Shown here: in pieces, positions 52,540 to 64,000 of the stretch
Layout: the number at the start of each line of letters is the position of its first letter
Position numbering within the stretch: the first letter of the stretch is position 1
From: Octopus vulgaris
Lineage: Eukaryota
Assembly: GCA_951406725.2 (NCBI GenBank)
Contig: OX597820.1
Coordinates: forward strand, 86,118,001-86,182,000
DNA: 64,000 bases
Direction of reading: 5' to 3'
Position numbers and translations under genes: made by a program
Notes under the pieces: generated by a model
Databases searched by the model: none
What the model saw: the letters and a program-made list of their open reading frames with translations, nothing else
What the model was told of the DNA's origin: nothing

Positions 52540-54010
52540 TACAAGAATCTACAAGGTTCTAAAATAGATCAGGCCAGAATGACAAAGAAATAACGAATCC
52601 CACCTGATAGAATGTACATGATTCAGATCCATGTCTCCTACTCCATACACGCGCTTATGTTGAGCAGCTAAGTAGTTGAAATAGCCTCCAACAAACAAGA
52701 GAAAGTAATACAGTTTGAGGTCAATGCGCGCAGGTTCCTACAGATAACATCTAAGGGACACATTGATAGACAAATGAAAACAATGATGACATTGTTGGAT
52801 GTGTTTTTGCTAGATTCAGACTTATCGAAATATATAACAAGTAGCATTCCAAATAAAATGCAGAGTTACGAAAAAGCAATAACTCAGGCATGAGCTGAGA
52901 ACGTTCATCAAGCAATACAAAGGGGCCAGGGAAGAGGTAATTCGAGCGCTGATGGGGCTGCGAAACATGTTGATGACGTAGCTGGCCGCTCTTCATAGAG
53001 GAGAATGGCACAGAACAAAAGGTTAGAAAGAGCCAAGAAATCTGTCGTTTTCATTTGATTTGAAGACTGATAGTTTTACCAAGGCCCTGCTTGGTGACAA
53101 GAAAGAATCTCATTTCTTCCAAACATCCAGTGCGAATTTTAATAAGAACATATCTTGATAGACACAGCAACATAACAACTGTGTTTGACATGAATGAATC
53201 AAGCTGAAAGTAAGTTAAGAAGTTTGATAAAGCATCGAGGTAAGATTCCGTTCTAAGGCCCACCAGAGCGATGTACAGTTGTTCGAGGCACCTTCAACAA
53301 CTGCAACCGAGGAAGATACTGAAAGGGATCTGTCGGAGAGGTATTTGATTGACCGAGGGGAATAATTCTAAGAAGATAGAGCGGTTGAGGGCCATCTCAC
53401 TTCTTAGCATACATGGAAAAATATTTCTCAGTATCTTGTCCTGACAGTAGACTAACTTACTCCAGAAAAACGTGTACATTGACATATCAATACAGAAAGA
53501 CGACAGGGCGGCGAGCTGGCAGAAACAACAGCACGCCGGGCGAAATGCGTAGCCGTATTTCGTCTTGAGTTCAAATTCCGCCGAGGTCGACTTTGCCTTT
53601 CATCCTTTCCGGGTTGATTAAATAAGTACCAGTTACGCACTGGGGTCGATATAATCGACTTAATCCGTTTGTCTGTCCTTGTTTTCCCTCTCTGTGTTTA
53701 GCCCCTTGTGGGTAGTTAAGAAATAGGTATTTCGTCTATCTTTACGTTCTGAGTTCAAATTCCGCCGAGGTCGACTTTGTCTTTCATCCTCTCGGGGTCC
53801 ATAAAATAAGTACCAGTTGCGTACTGGGGTCGATCTAAAAATTTCGGACCTTGTACCTAGAGTAGAAAAGTATATAGAAAGGCGAGGTTGTAGGAACACC
53901 TGACTGCATGGAACGTGCAGGAGCAAACACATAACTCTTAAGAGAAACAAACAAAGCAAAGGGAGATTTGGCATTTCTTTGTTTAAACCTCGCAAATCCT
54001 GACGTGTTTA
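52540..54010 (+). mobile_element. RTE-like LINE remnant (pre-RT region), interrupted by SINE B
   Basis: KASR-DS (KAPGxD-like) and RAISLLSIHGKIFLSIL motifs; heavily decayed. Confidence 0.55.
53507..53872 (+). mobile_element. SINE family B, dimeric, with probable TSD
   Basis: GGCGGCGAGCTGGCAGAA head; GAGTTCAAATTCCGCCGAGGTCGAC unit twice; flanking TACAGAAAGACGA (53491) / TATAGAAAGGCGA (53873). Confidence 0.88.
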
Positions 54011-54254
54011 TGCCAGATATACTGGTAGAGTAACTTCTTCGAATACATCATATTTCCGGTAGTTTCAAGAAGCTCATTCTGGTTTATTGTGAATTACTTC
54101 TGGATCCAATTATCAGAGTGGTAAAGACTGGCGTAGCTCTCCTCACATAGAAGAGAGGAGTATCTACACTCTAGACATAAAATATATTTGTGTGTCTCAG
54201 GCAACATGGTCGTCGTCTAGTACAGAGAGATGGGACACCATTACGCCTTAATAG

Positions 54255-54985
54255 GATGGTGAGAGGGGATGCTACATTAAGGGAAGTAAAGTTGAGATAG
54301 GAGGAAAGAATTAACAGGTAGACTCACTTGGTGATACTTGGGGGAGGGGGTCTAGCGGTTTATCGATGGGGAAACCAAAGGCTAAGGAAGAAAGATGGCA
54401 GAATAGAGCAATGAAGAGAAAACCGTGGAAAACTGACAAAATGAAAAACTGGGAAACAAGTGAAGAATAAAGAACGAAAAAACGAAAAAGCAAAATAAAA
54501 ATATATTTTTAAAATATTTTTTAAATATTTTTTTAAATATTAAAATTATTAAAAATATTAAGGAATTTGAAATATTAAAAAAAAATTAAATAACTTTCGA
54601 AACTTTTGAACCTTTGAACTTTGAATATTGGAGAATTAAAAAAAAGACTTTCATGGATTTTCTCAAACAATTAAATGTCTTAAAATATTTCAAAATACGT
54701 TTGAAGGTTTTCGAAATATTTTTAAATATTTTTTTAATAATTTTTTTTCTCTTTTCGTTTCTCATTCTTCATTCTTCAATTTTTCAATTTCTCAATTTTT
54801 CATTTTGTCAGCCCTCCACGGTTTTCTCTTCATTGCTCTGTTCTACCATCTTTCACCCTTAGCCTTTGGCCTTCCCCATCGACAAACTGCTACACTCGCC
54901 CCCAAGTATCACCTCCTCCTTCTACCTATTTACTCTTTACCCCTAGCTCAACTTTAGTCCTCTTAGCATAGCCTCCTGTCACATT
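54255..54985. repeat. About 730-bp imperfect palindrome (foldback/MITE-like)
   Basis: GGTGATACTTGGGGG/CCCCCAAGTATCACC, TCGATGGGGAA/TTCCCCATCGA, GAGCAATGAAGAGAAAACCGTGGA/TCCACGGTTTTCTCTTCATTGCTC arranged symmetrically. Confidence 0.88.
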
Positions 54986-57799
54986 TCTCTTTACTGGACT
55001 CTAGACAAAGATCTACGTGCAATAACCACCGAGAAGAGACATTATGGACAACCTAATTGTAACAACATCATCAGATACTGCTGTCAGTGGAATCATTCGG
55101 ATATTTTAGAAGCAAATCTCATAAACAAGGTAGATTTAAACGATTAAGAAAGGCGCGTCAGTAGATTTGGTCGACGGAAACTAAAAGAAGTCTCCCCTAT
55201 ATTACATGGAAAAATGCGAGAATGAAAAGTCATATTCTGAAGATCATAAACATGGAAATGTACAGGACAATTTATTACACTTGTAAAAGTAGAGGACACA
55301 CTATTACTTCTGGTAAAGTAAAGAATAAGAAACTTTTTACTTAAAATATTGCAGCAAAGAATGCCAGTTCTTCTAATTTATCACTCTTTACAGTTCCCAT
55401 CTTTTAAATTTATTGTATAAAGTTGTTCAGCTAATTTGTTAATTTGTCTAATTCGTCATTTTTTTCCGTATTTAAGGTAGTAAATTAGCCAAATTCTACT
55501 TAAATATATATATAGTGTTATTTGTAAACTATAATAAAATAAGTTTTAATATTGAAATTTTAATATTAGCTGCAATATTTTAAGTAAAATGTTTCTTATT
55601 CTTTACTTTCCTAGACATTATAGTTTGTCCTATACTTAAGAAAGTCAACATTTATTTGGAACCTGTACTAAATATGAAATTCAGGATTGAATGCGACGGT
55701 GAAGAAAGTCAATCTCCAAGAAAATTCAGAAGGTATAATTCAATTTTTCATAGAAAAATAATTTATGATTTTACAATTTTTAAACGAACGCTGAACAAAG
55801 TGTGTACAAAGGAATATGTTGCTGTTGTGAACGTTAATTAATTAAAGACATTTCCTTTGGGATGTATGTAGCAAGACATAAATTAATTTGACATCACTTA
55901 CTATATATTTTAACTGTGTATTGTTATATGCAGTGGAATAAATACTGACTATCGCAGTAAAAATATTGTCCGGCATTGAATACTGAAAGTGATTAAGCAG
56001 CATAGCAGGAATATAGTAAGGGCGCTAGGACTGTTAAAAAGCCATTATCTTCAAACTGATTATAAGTACTGGAATAATATTTATGTAATTATATTGAAAG
56101 GGCTGCTAAAGCTTTCTATCTCGCCAAATTTCCAAATTTGTTATAAGAACCAGAATGATTTTTTCCAGATATATTTGCGAGTGTTTTGAGTGCTATGAAA
56201 TCAGCCAAATCTTAATGTTGGTTATCAAAAACACAATAATATTTCAGCACATATGTAGTGATAATCGTTAATGTTGTTTAAACCGCAACTCTCCATCATG
56301 AAAAGGAAAATCCAAACAGTGGTACTTCAAAGTAAACGCTGTTATTCGTTCAACGTCCAGGCCGCAACTAAACTAAACTCTTTCAAAATTGGCGCGTTTG
56401 AATGATGGGCGATACAGTCACATATTATTATATCTATTGTCTTCTCTTATATAATCTAAACTCCGGTTTACCAACCGAATCACTTGCTACCGTACAATCT
56501 TACAAAAGATTGTACCTACCCAGCTAATAGCCAGGAGCGACTCTGGATTTGATGATCCATTAGAGGTATTAAACTCCTCTAACCTTATACATATATAGGG
56601 AGGAGGCTTTGAAAATGCAGAGGTCTTTTTAAAGATGTTTATTGACATGACCGGTTACACTTTCTTAAGAATAGATTTTCAAAAGTAAAATGTATGTCTT
56701 TGTGTAGCCTTTGTGGTGTCAACAATGGTTACCATAGATGTCTTAAAATACAGTGATACAGTCTTTGACAATGATAAGAAAATGTTATGAAATAGAGGAG
56801 CTAATGCAGTTTCGTACCTCTCCTTGAAAAATGCATTTGTTTGAAAACATGTTTTCGGATTCCTAAGTTTTAGAAGTCAGAGATTACGAATATTTTAATT
56901 TCATTATCACCCCAACCGCTTCCCTCCCCCAATTTAAATTTATGATTTTGTTTACTTTAAAGAGATCGTAGCGAATTGACGAATCGAAATTAAATATAGA
57001 CAAAAACATTAAAGTGAAAACAATTTGCCTTTTACTTGTTTGCCTCAGATAATCGTAAATAATAATTTAATGTAAATAAACATTGGAGCTCAAATTTCAC
57101 CCCTTCCTCAATTTTTAATTTTGAACGTTTTCATCCATTTATTTATTTATCTGTCCTTTTATTCATAAAATACATTTGTCAACTAAGTGTTGCAGTCCTA
57201 TAGAAGACGGTGTTACTGTTGTTTTTAGCCACATACCTATGTCTTTCACTATACACATAGCTAATGCTTATTGAATTTAAAATTTTGAAAACGTGATTTC
57301 TTGCATATTCGGAATCTCTGTCATCTAAAACATATAAGCATATATACAGAAAGAATTTGTAGACAGTATTTGCTTAATCAAAACTTCATCGGAAATCATA
57401 TTTATTTATACAGAACTTTAGGGAAATGACCAACCTTTTTTCTTCATCTCCAGTCTTCCATATGTGTATGACAAGGATGGTTGCTGTCTTTAGAAATAGC
57501 GTGGGAGGTTTGTTGGTGGGGGAAGCCATTCACGTAGTTTGTGGAATCAAAAGGATTATTTTGATTATGGCCTAGTCTGTCATGGTTCAGTGGTTTGTGG
57601 ACGGGTCTTAAAGTTCAAGATGGTGTGTGTATGTGCTTGTGAGTGCGTGTGTGTGTGAGTGTATGCACGGTTCTATGTGTGTGTCTGCATACGTATGTGT
57701 GTGTGTGAGGGTGAATATGTATGTATGTGTGTGCTTCTACGTAATGTTCGTGTTTGTACGGAGTATACGTTTGTGGGTGTGGTTTATGCAGTTTTCGGC

Positions 57800-57870
57800 T
57801 GTGTGTGCATGTGTGTGTACGTGTGCATGTGTGTGTACGTGTGCATGTGTGTGTACGTGTGCATGCGTGT
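57800..57870. repeat. 18-bp minisatellite GTGTGCATGTGTGTGTAC within a TG-rich tract
   Basis: Three to four tandem units. Confidence 0.85.
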
Positions 57871-58679
57871 GTGCGTCTATGTTATTTCTGTTTGGTGTGT
57901 GCATATGGTGTGTACGTGTGTGTAGGGGGAGGTATATGTGCGTTCATTTTGTGTGGCGTGCATGGTGTGTGTGGGAGGTCTATGTGAAGTATATGTGCCT
58001 TCATGGGTGTGCGCATGCTTATATGTGTGCGTGTGTATGTATATGTACGTGTGTGCAGGTATGTGTGCGCGTATGCAGAAATAAAATACACTATTATAAA
58101 ATAAGATTGATAATAAAAGAAAAAAGGGCAAAGTGTATAAGATGAAAGGATAAAATTAATGAATAGAAAAGTATATAAAAAAATAACAGATACAAAATGA
58201 ATAGTAAAAATTAAAAGAACAAATTAGAAATTAATACAATTATAAAATGTTAACACAAATAAAAAATTAATATAGTTAAAAATGTTCACAGAAGAAACGA
58301 TAAAAATCGAAAAAAACGAATAAAAGTGTAAAAAATTGAGTTAATATGAGATAGGATGAAAAGTTGTTTTTTAAGGAGGGTGTAGAGACAGTCACTAAGA
58401 GGCGGGCGTTGAGCTGAGTCCGAGAGGAAATTGTGTTTATAGACTGAAAATATAACGCTGTTCCACACGTAGTCAAGTGCGTGTGAATCCGTGGCGCAGG
58501 GCCATTTCGAAAACGTGTGAATCACTCGTACAGTTGTGCGCGGCTTATACACTCCTCTCCATATACTTTCTGCAACTTCGCGTAGGAGTCTGAGCAGTTA
58601 TCGCCATGAGAGCTGAGTTCAAGATTAATCTTTGCCAAGAGGTTTCATTCTCCGTGCTCTATCTTTGTTATTGTGAAAA

Positions 58680-58746
<67 letters not shown>

Positions 58747-58967
58747 ATATATATATGTATATATATATGTATGTATGTATATATATGTATATATATATGT
58801 ATATATTATATATATGTATATATATGTATGTATGTATATATATGTATATATATATATATGTATCTATGTATGTATATATATGTATATATATATGTATGTA
58901 TGTATATATGTATATATATGTATGTATGTATGTATGTATATATATATATATATAATATATATGTATA

Positions 58968-59026
<59 letters not shown>

Positions 59027-59054
59027 TGTATATATATGTATATATATATATATG

Positions 59055-59093
<39 letters not shown>

Positions 59094-59108
59094 GCATATA
59101 TATATATA

Positions 59109-59489
59109 TCTCTCTATATAAACGGCAGTTTGTCTGTGCGTTTTCTGTGTGTCTGTTTTCTCGTACCCTCACTCTGACCACGGCTTTCAACCGATTCTGA
59201 TGAAACTTGACATACACATAGTCCAATGTCATAATTCAAAACTAACGCAGCGAAAATTTTGAAAAGTTCCCCCAGTTCTGAAAAAAATCGATAAATTCGA
59301 CATGGGGTCGAGAATCAGAAACCCAAACCACAGACCGTCTAGGGGACGCAACTCCACCTTTTTTAACTCTCAAAAAAATTTACCATCATTTTTTTTCCAT
59401 TTTTTTCCTATTTTTTGGCTATAACTCTCTAAAAATGCTTTATAGTTATTTCCCTTACAAACCTGAGCAACGCCGGGCGATACTGCTAG
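59109..59489 (+). mobile_element. Non-autonomous Helitron
   Basis: A|TC start, CCTGAGCAACGCCGGG hairpin, CTAG|T end. Confidence 0.8.
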
Positions 59490-59898
59490 TAGTTGATAAA
59501 TGAAAGCAAAGTCGGAAAAACTGAACTATATTCGTTTCGGGACTTACTGTGACGCTTCCCGTCCTACGACATTGTTTAAGAAATATCCACAGCTTAAAAT
59601 GTGAATGCAGAATTCTCACTGAAGCTTTTTTTTTTTTTTTGTTTCACTGTCTACAGCAAATATTCTTGACATTAAGAAATAACGGTTTTTACTTTAATAG
59701 CGCGTTGTACTAAATAAGAGTTAGTCGGTGAATAATGAGATCCAAAGCTGGTACTATCTTGACTGTGAGACACAGAATGAGGCACGTTAATAGTATATGA
59801 GACGTTTCGATTTCAGAAAATATAAGTGAAGATGATTTTAGGAGACAGGAAAAAAAAAAAAGAATAAAAGTAAAGAAAGACGGTATTTTATCAAAATA

Positions 59899-60288
59899 TC
59901 TCTCTATATAAAGCTGAAGTTGTCTGTGTATGGCAGGTTCGGTAGCCTTCTACTATCATTATCTCCTCCGAGACCCAGCGGCGCAAGTTGACCAAAATTA
60001 AGAGTATGATAGAAGAAGGCTTACTCTTCCTTCCGTAGAAGAAAATTTTCAAATCGAACCATGTTAACACCAAAAATTATTTACATCATAAAGGTGTTTT
60101 TTTTCTAAGAAAATCCCTATCTTTTACGATTTTTTGACTGCTGTGTTGCCATTTTTCGGTGTATTTCAACCGGAAGAATGTTCACTTAAAGGGAATAACA
60201 AGCTACATAATGCTAAATTTTTACTTTTCAAAAATTTCAATTGTAAAGGGGTGAAACAAACCTGAGCAACGCCGGGTGATACTGCTAG
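59899..60288 (+). mobile_element. Non-autonomous Helitron (second family)
   Basis: A|TCTCTCTATATAAA start; same hairpin and CTAG|T end. Confidence 0.8.
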
Positions 60289-60290
60289 TG

Positions 60291-60324
<34 letters not shown>

Positions 60325-60329
60325 TATAG

Positions 60330-60928
60330 ATGTTGCTCTATTATCAATTCACATACGGTTAGGATAGGTTTTTCAAACACAAAAAATCTCCTACAAATTA
60401 TCTCTTCACATAATAACAAACTGTTAAATATTAATACATTTACTAATACTAACATTAATTTAGCTAATACCATCCAACCTCTAGAAATATTAATAACAAA
60501 GTTATTGTATCTGAAGTCAATTCCAATAGAATTAAGTTTATGTCAAGTAACTCTAAGATTAAAAATTCTATATACCAGTGTATTATCAGTACTCGTAATA
60601 AAGTACGATTTTACATTGGAAGCACATCGATAAAGTTATCAAAGAGAATTTCTATCCATTACTCAACATTTAGGGATAGAAATAAACGTAATAGTACCGG
60701 TCTCAGAAACTGATTTCGGATTTAAATGACCACAATGAACAATTTCATTTAGAATGGTTGATTCTCTCAATTTAGATACCTTATGACAAAGGCAATGAAT
60801 TCTGTCTTCTCTGCAATTCTGAGCTATTTTTCATTATGTTTTCTAAAAATACTCTAGTAAACACGGTTATAGAGCAAGCATACAGATGTAAGCATTGGCA
60901 AAAACACACATTTAGTGCATATAGGTAG
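60330..60928 (+). pseudogene. Penelope-like GIY-YIG endonuclease remnant
   Basis: NSHTVRIGFSNTKNLLQIISSHN; IYQCIISTRNKVRFYIGSTS..KRISIHYSTF; FCLLCNSELFFI; YRCKH. Confidence 0.82.
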
Positions 60929-60976
60929 TCTCTATAATTATATATAATTTAAACTTTAACTTCCTTTATATTTAAC

Positions 60977-61417
60977 ATTCACTATTGGTATCCATACTCT
61001 TTCTGTTAGCTACTTATGACGTTATATCATATAACGTTTTTTTAAACAATATTAATAGCGTTCTGTCAATCGCTATACAAATCCATCATTTTTTGCTAAA
61101 ATGTCGTATTGACGAGTTTAGTTTTTTTCACTTTCCCGAAGAGAAGATTGCATTGTTTATACCATTTATTCTTTTGAATAGTATCAGTGGAATTTTCGAA
61201 ACATGTGTCGAAAGTAAAAATATTTGATTTACACTGCGTTAAACTCCATTTATTTATTCATATATTATTCAAAATATTCTACGTAAACATGAAGTTTCTA
61301 CCTTTATAAACAAGGAGTTACATCTTTACTTGTGAGATTTTTGCTACCCTCGTAACTATTTATTTATATTTTCCGTGTTAATTGTTAACAAGGTAAAATA
61401 CCTTCATTTATTTATAT
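60977..61417 (+). mobile_element. PLE 3' pseudo-LTR region
   Basis: Follows the GIY-YIG remnant, contains a hammerhead, second copy at 45051-45489. Confidence 0.8.
61130..61215 (+). ncRNA. Type I hammerhead ribozyme, U4C core variant
   Basis: ACTTTC(61130-35)-CCGAAGA-GAAGATT..AATTTTC-GAAA(61198-201)-CATGT-GTC(61207-09)-GAAAGT; perfect 6-bp helix I. Confidence 0.75.
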
Positions 61418-61448
61418 ATATATATATGTATGTATGTATGTATATATA

Positions 61449-61484
<36 letters not shown>

Positions 61485-61547
61485 TATATATGTATGTATG
61501 TATATATATATATATGTATGCATGTGCGTATATATATGTATGTATGC

Positions 61548-61603
<56 letters not shown>

Positions 61604-61809
61604 ATATATGTATATATATATATATATATGTATATATATGTATATATATATATTATATATATATAATATTAATTAGAGACAAAACCACTATTATACAAAT
61701 CAAACAAATCAATCCTAAATCGTATTTTTCCCTGTAAATTTGGATTTATTCCCTAATATTTATTATATTTATATATATATATATATTATTATATATATAT
61801 ATATATATA

Positions 61810-63319
61810 GAACAATCTTACTTAGAAACGGATGCGTGCATTCCGTCATATAATAAATTAATAAATAAATAAAACATATGCATATATACATACATATACT
61901 CTTTTACTCTTTTACTTGTTTCAGTCATTTGACTGCGGCCATGCTGGAGCACCACCTTTTAGTACTTATTCTATCGGTCTCTTTTTGCCGAACCGCTAAG
62001 TGACGGGGACCTAAACACACCAGCATCGGTTGTCAAGCAATGATATGGGGACAAACACAGACACACAAACACACACACATATACATATATATACATATAT
62101 ACGACAGGATTCTTTCAGTTTCCGTCTACCAAATCCACTCACAAGGCATTGGTCGGCCCGGGGCTATAGCAGAAGACACTTGCCCAAGATGCCACGCAGT
62201 GGGACTGAACCCGCAACCGTGTGGTTGGTTAGCAAGATACTTACCACACAGCCACTCCTGCGCCTATATATGTACGTACCTACCTCTACATGTCTATATA
62301 CATGCATATATGGATACAGGACACCAAAACAAAACGTCGAACACAATGAGAAACGAAAACATAAACACAAAACCAAGGAAATGGTTGTTTTAAAAAAATG
62401 TCCATTTCCTTGGTTTTGCGTTTATGTTTTCGTTTCTCATTGTGTTCGACGTTTTTTGTGTCCTGTACCCATATATGCATGTATATATACATGTAGAGGT
62501 AGGTACGTACATATATGTATGTATATATGCATATGTTTTATTAATTTATTAATTTATTATATGACGGAACGCACGCATCCATTTCTAAGTAAGACTGTTC
62601 TTAATATTAATAATGATACGCACTCTTAACCTTTGTCTCCCCTCCCTTTCTCAGCCTTCATTCTTCTGGCTTTCCTTTTCTTCTACCTTACTGTCTCTCC
62701 CTCTCTCTCTCTCATTCTTCATTCTTTTCTCTACAACCATTCCCTTTTTTCTCTCCGTTTCTCTTACTCCTCCTCCTCCCTCCCGTCGCGGTCACGTGAT
62801 GAGATGGCTATTTCTGTCTTTCTTCGCCTGGCCTCCTTCAAGTAGATACGGTAAAATATGTTGCTCTCTGCCGTTCTCAAACAATAGCGTTCGTAAAAAT
62901 TTTTTATCTCGTTTCCCTTAACAGCCCTTCTTGTTTGTGTTGCTGTTATTCTCCGTGTCCTGTCTTTTACTGTTTATATTTTGTACTGTCGTTACTGACG
63001 GTTTTTGTTACCATTTTTATCCCTCCGCAAAAAATCTCAAATTTTATTTAATTTGATTTTTGCGGGAAGGAAATTTTCATTGAAGTCATGTATCGCCTTG
63101 ACCTTCGAAACGTGGAGTAGATGAAATTAAGGCGACTGAAGAAGGGGAACTTTCCTTGTTTTGTATGTCCTGTACTCTATGTTTTCGTTGTTTTAAAAAA
63201 ATGTCCATTTCCTTGGTTTTGTGTTTATGTTTTCGTTTCTCATTGTGTTCGACGTTTTTTCGGTGTCCTGTACCCACATATATGTATGTATATATGCATA
63301 TGTTTTATTTATTTATTAA

Positions 63320-63325
<6 letters not shown>
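61810..63325. mobile_element. Non-coding element with inverted plus direct terminal repeats (PLE-like architecture)
   Basis: Palindrome centred near 62392 (left arm 61810-61898 plus 62266-62384; right arm 62400-62600); 62385-62545 is repeated, with a short deletion, at 63188-63325. Confidence 0.7.
61899..62264 (-). mobile_element. SINE family A inserted into the palindrome arm
   Basis: Reverse complement of 2026-2450 with a small deletion. Confidence 0.9.
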
Positions 63326-63353
<28 letters not shown>

Positions 63354-63356
<3 letters not shown>

Positions 63357-63520
63357 CGGGCTTCTTTCAGTTTCAGTCCACCAAATCCACTCATAAGATT
63401 TTGGTCGCCTCGGGGCTATAGTAGAAACAGTTTTCCCTGATGCTAGGCAGTGAGATTGAACCCAAAAGCATATAGTTGAGAAGAAAGGTTTTTTCACCAC
63501 ACAGCCATGCCTGCGACTAT
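63354..63520 (-). mobile_element. SINE family A 5' part, diverged
   Basis: GACGGGCTTCTTTCAGTTTC..ACCACACAGCCATGCCTGCG. Confidence 0.8.
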
Positions 63521-64000
63521 ATACCTCTTAACTCTACAGAACTTCATATCTTATTGAGATACAAACGGCTGAGGGTCAGCATGAACATTTGTATTTATTA
63601 CCAACAAATTGGTTAGGAATGGAATCTAAATCTCGTCCGAATGCAATAAGTAAATTTAATTCCACCAAAATCATCAACACATCACACATCAGATGTTAAC
63701 TTAAAACTATATCACCACACAGCAGAAAACAGCATGTAAGAATAACAGACATGGTTTGTATCTTACGCACTAAAAAGAAAAACTTCACTTTACAAGACAC
63801 AAATATCCTACAATCTTCATTTGGGTAATTGAAGTTGAAACATTCGAGAGAATCTAGATGTCTTTGCCTTCGATGAAGCTTCGATGGAGAGGTCGATGGT
63901 ATCTATGAGAAAAGTTAGTTTCCTATTTCTGTTTCATCTTTATTCCTTTTTTAGATACTTTGCAGCACACACAACACACACACACACACACACACACACA

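Noticed and set aside
57627-58145. Cys-rich (metallothionein/keratin-like) protein
   Set aside because: Product of TG-rich low-complexity sequence

Overview
AT-rich, microsatellite-dense eukaryotic DNA, most likely an octopod cephalopod. This is inferred from the tRNA-derived SINE families and the (TA)n/(CA)n/(GA)n/(TAA)n load. I recognise no intact host protein-coding gene, and nearly all listed ORFs are translations of simple repeats. The window is a mosaic of decayed transposons. These include at least five tRNA-headed SINE families, R4/Dong-like, L1/Tx1-like and RTE LINE remnants, Penelope-like element (PLE) RT and GIY-YIG remnants, a nearly full-length IR/DR Tc1 (DD34E), mariner, Tigger, Chapaev3-like and Helitron pieces. 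The most notable structure is RNA-level: about nine type I hammerhead-ribozyme-like motifs, intact or decayed. They have minimal or palindromic helix III, often a greatly elongated helix II, and a recurrent U4C core variant. One lies inside a tRNA-promoter SINE and two form the arms of a ~320-bp palindromic element. A few orphan splice-site-bounded segments may be exons of an unidentified host transcript. Boundaries of degraded elements are approximate and were read by eye.
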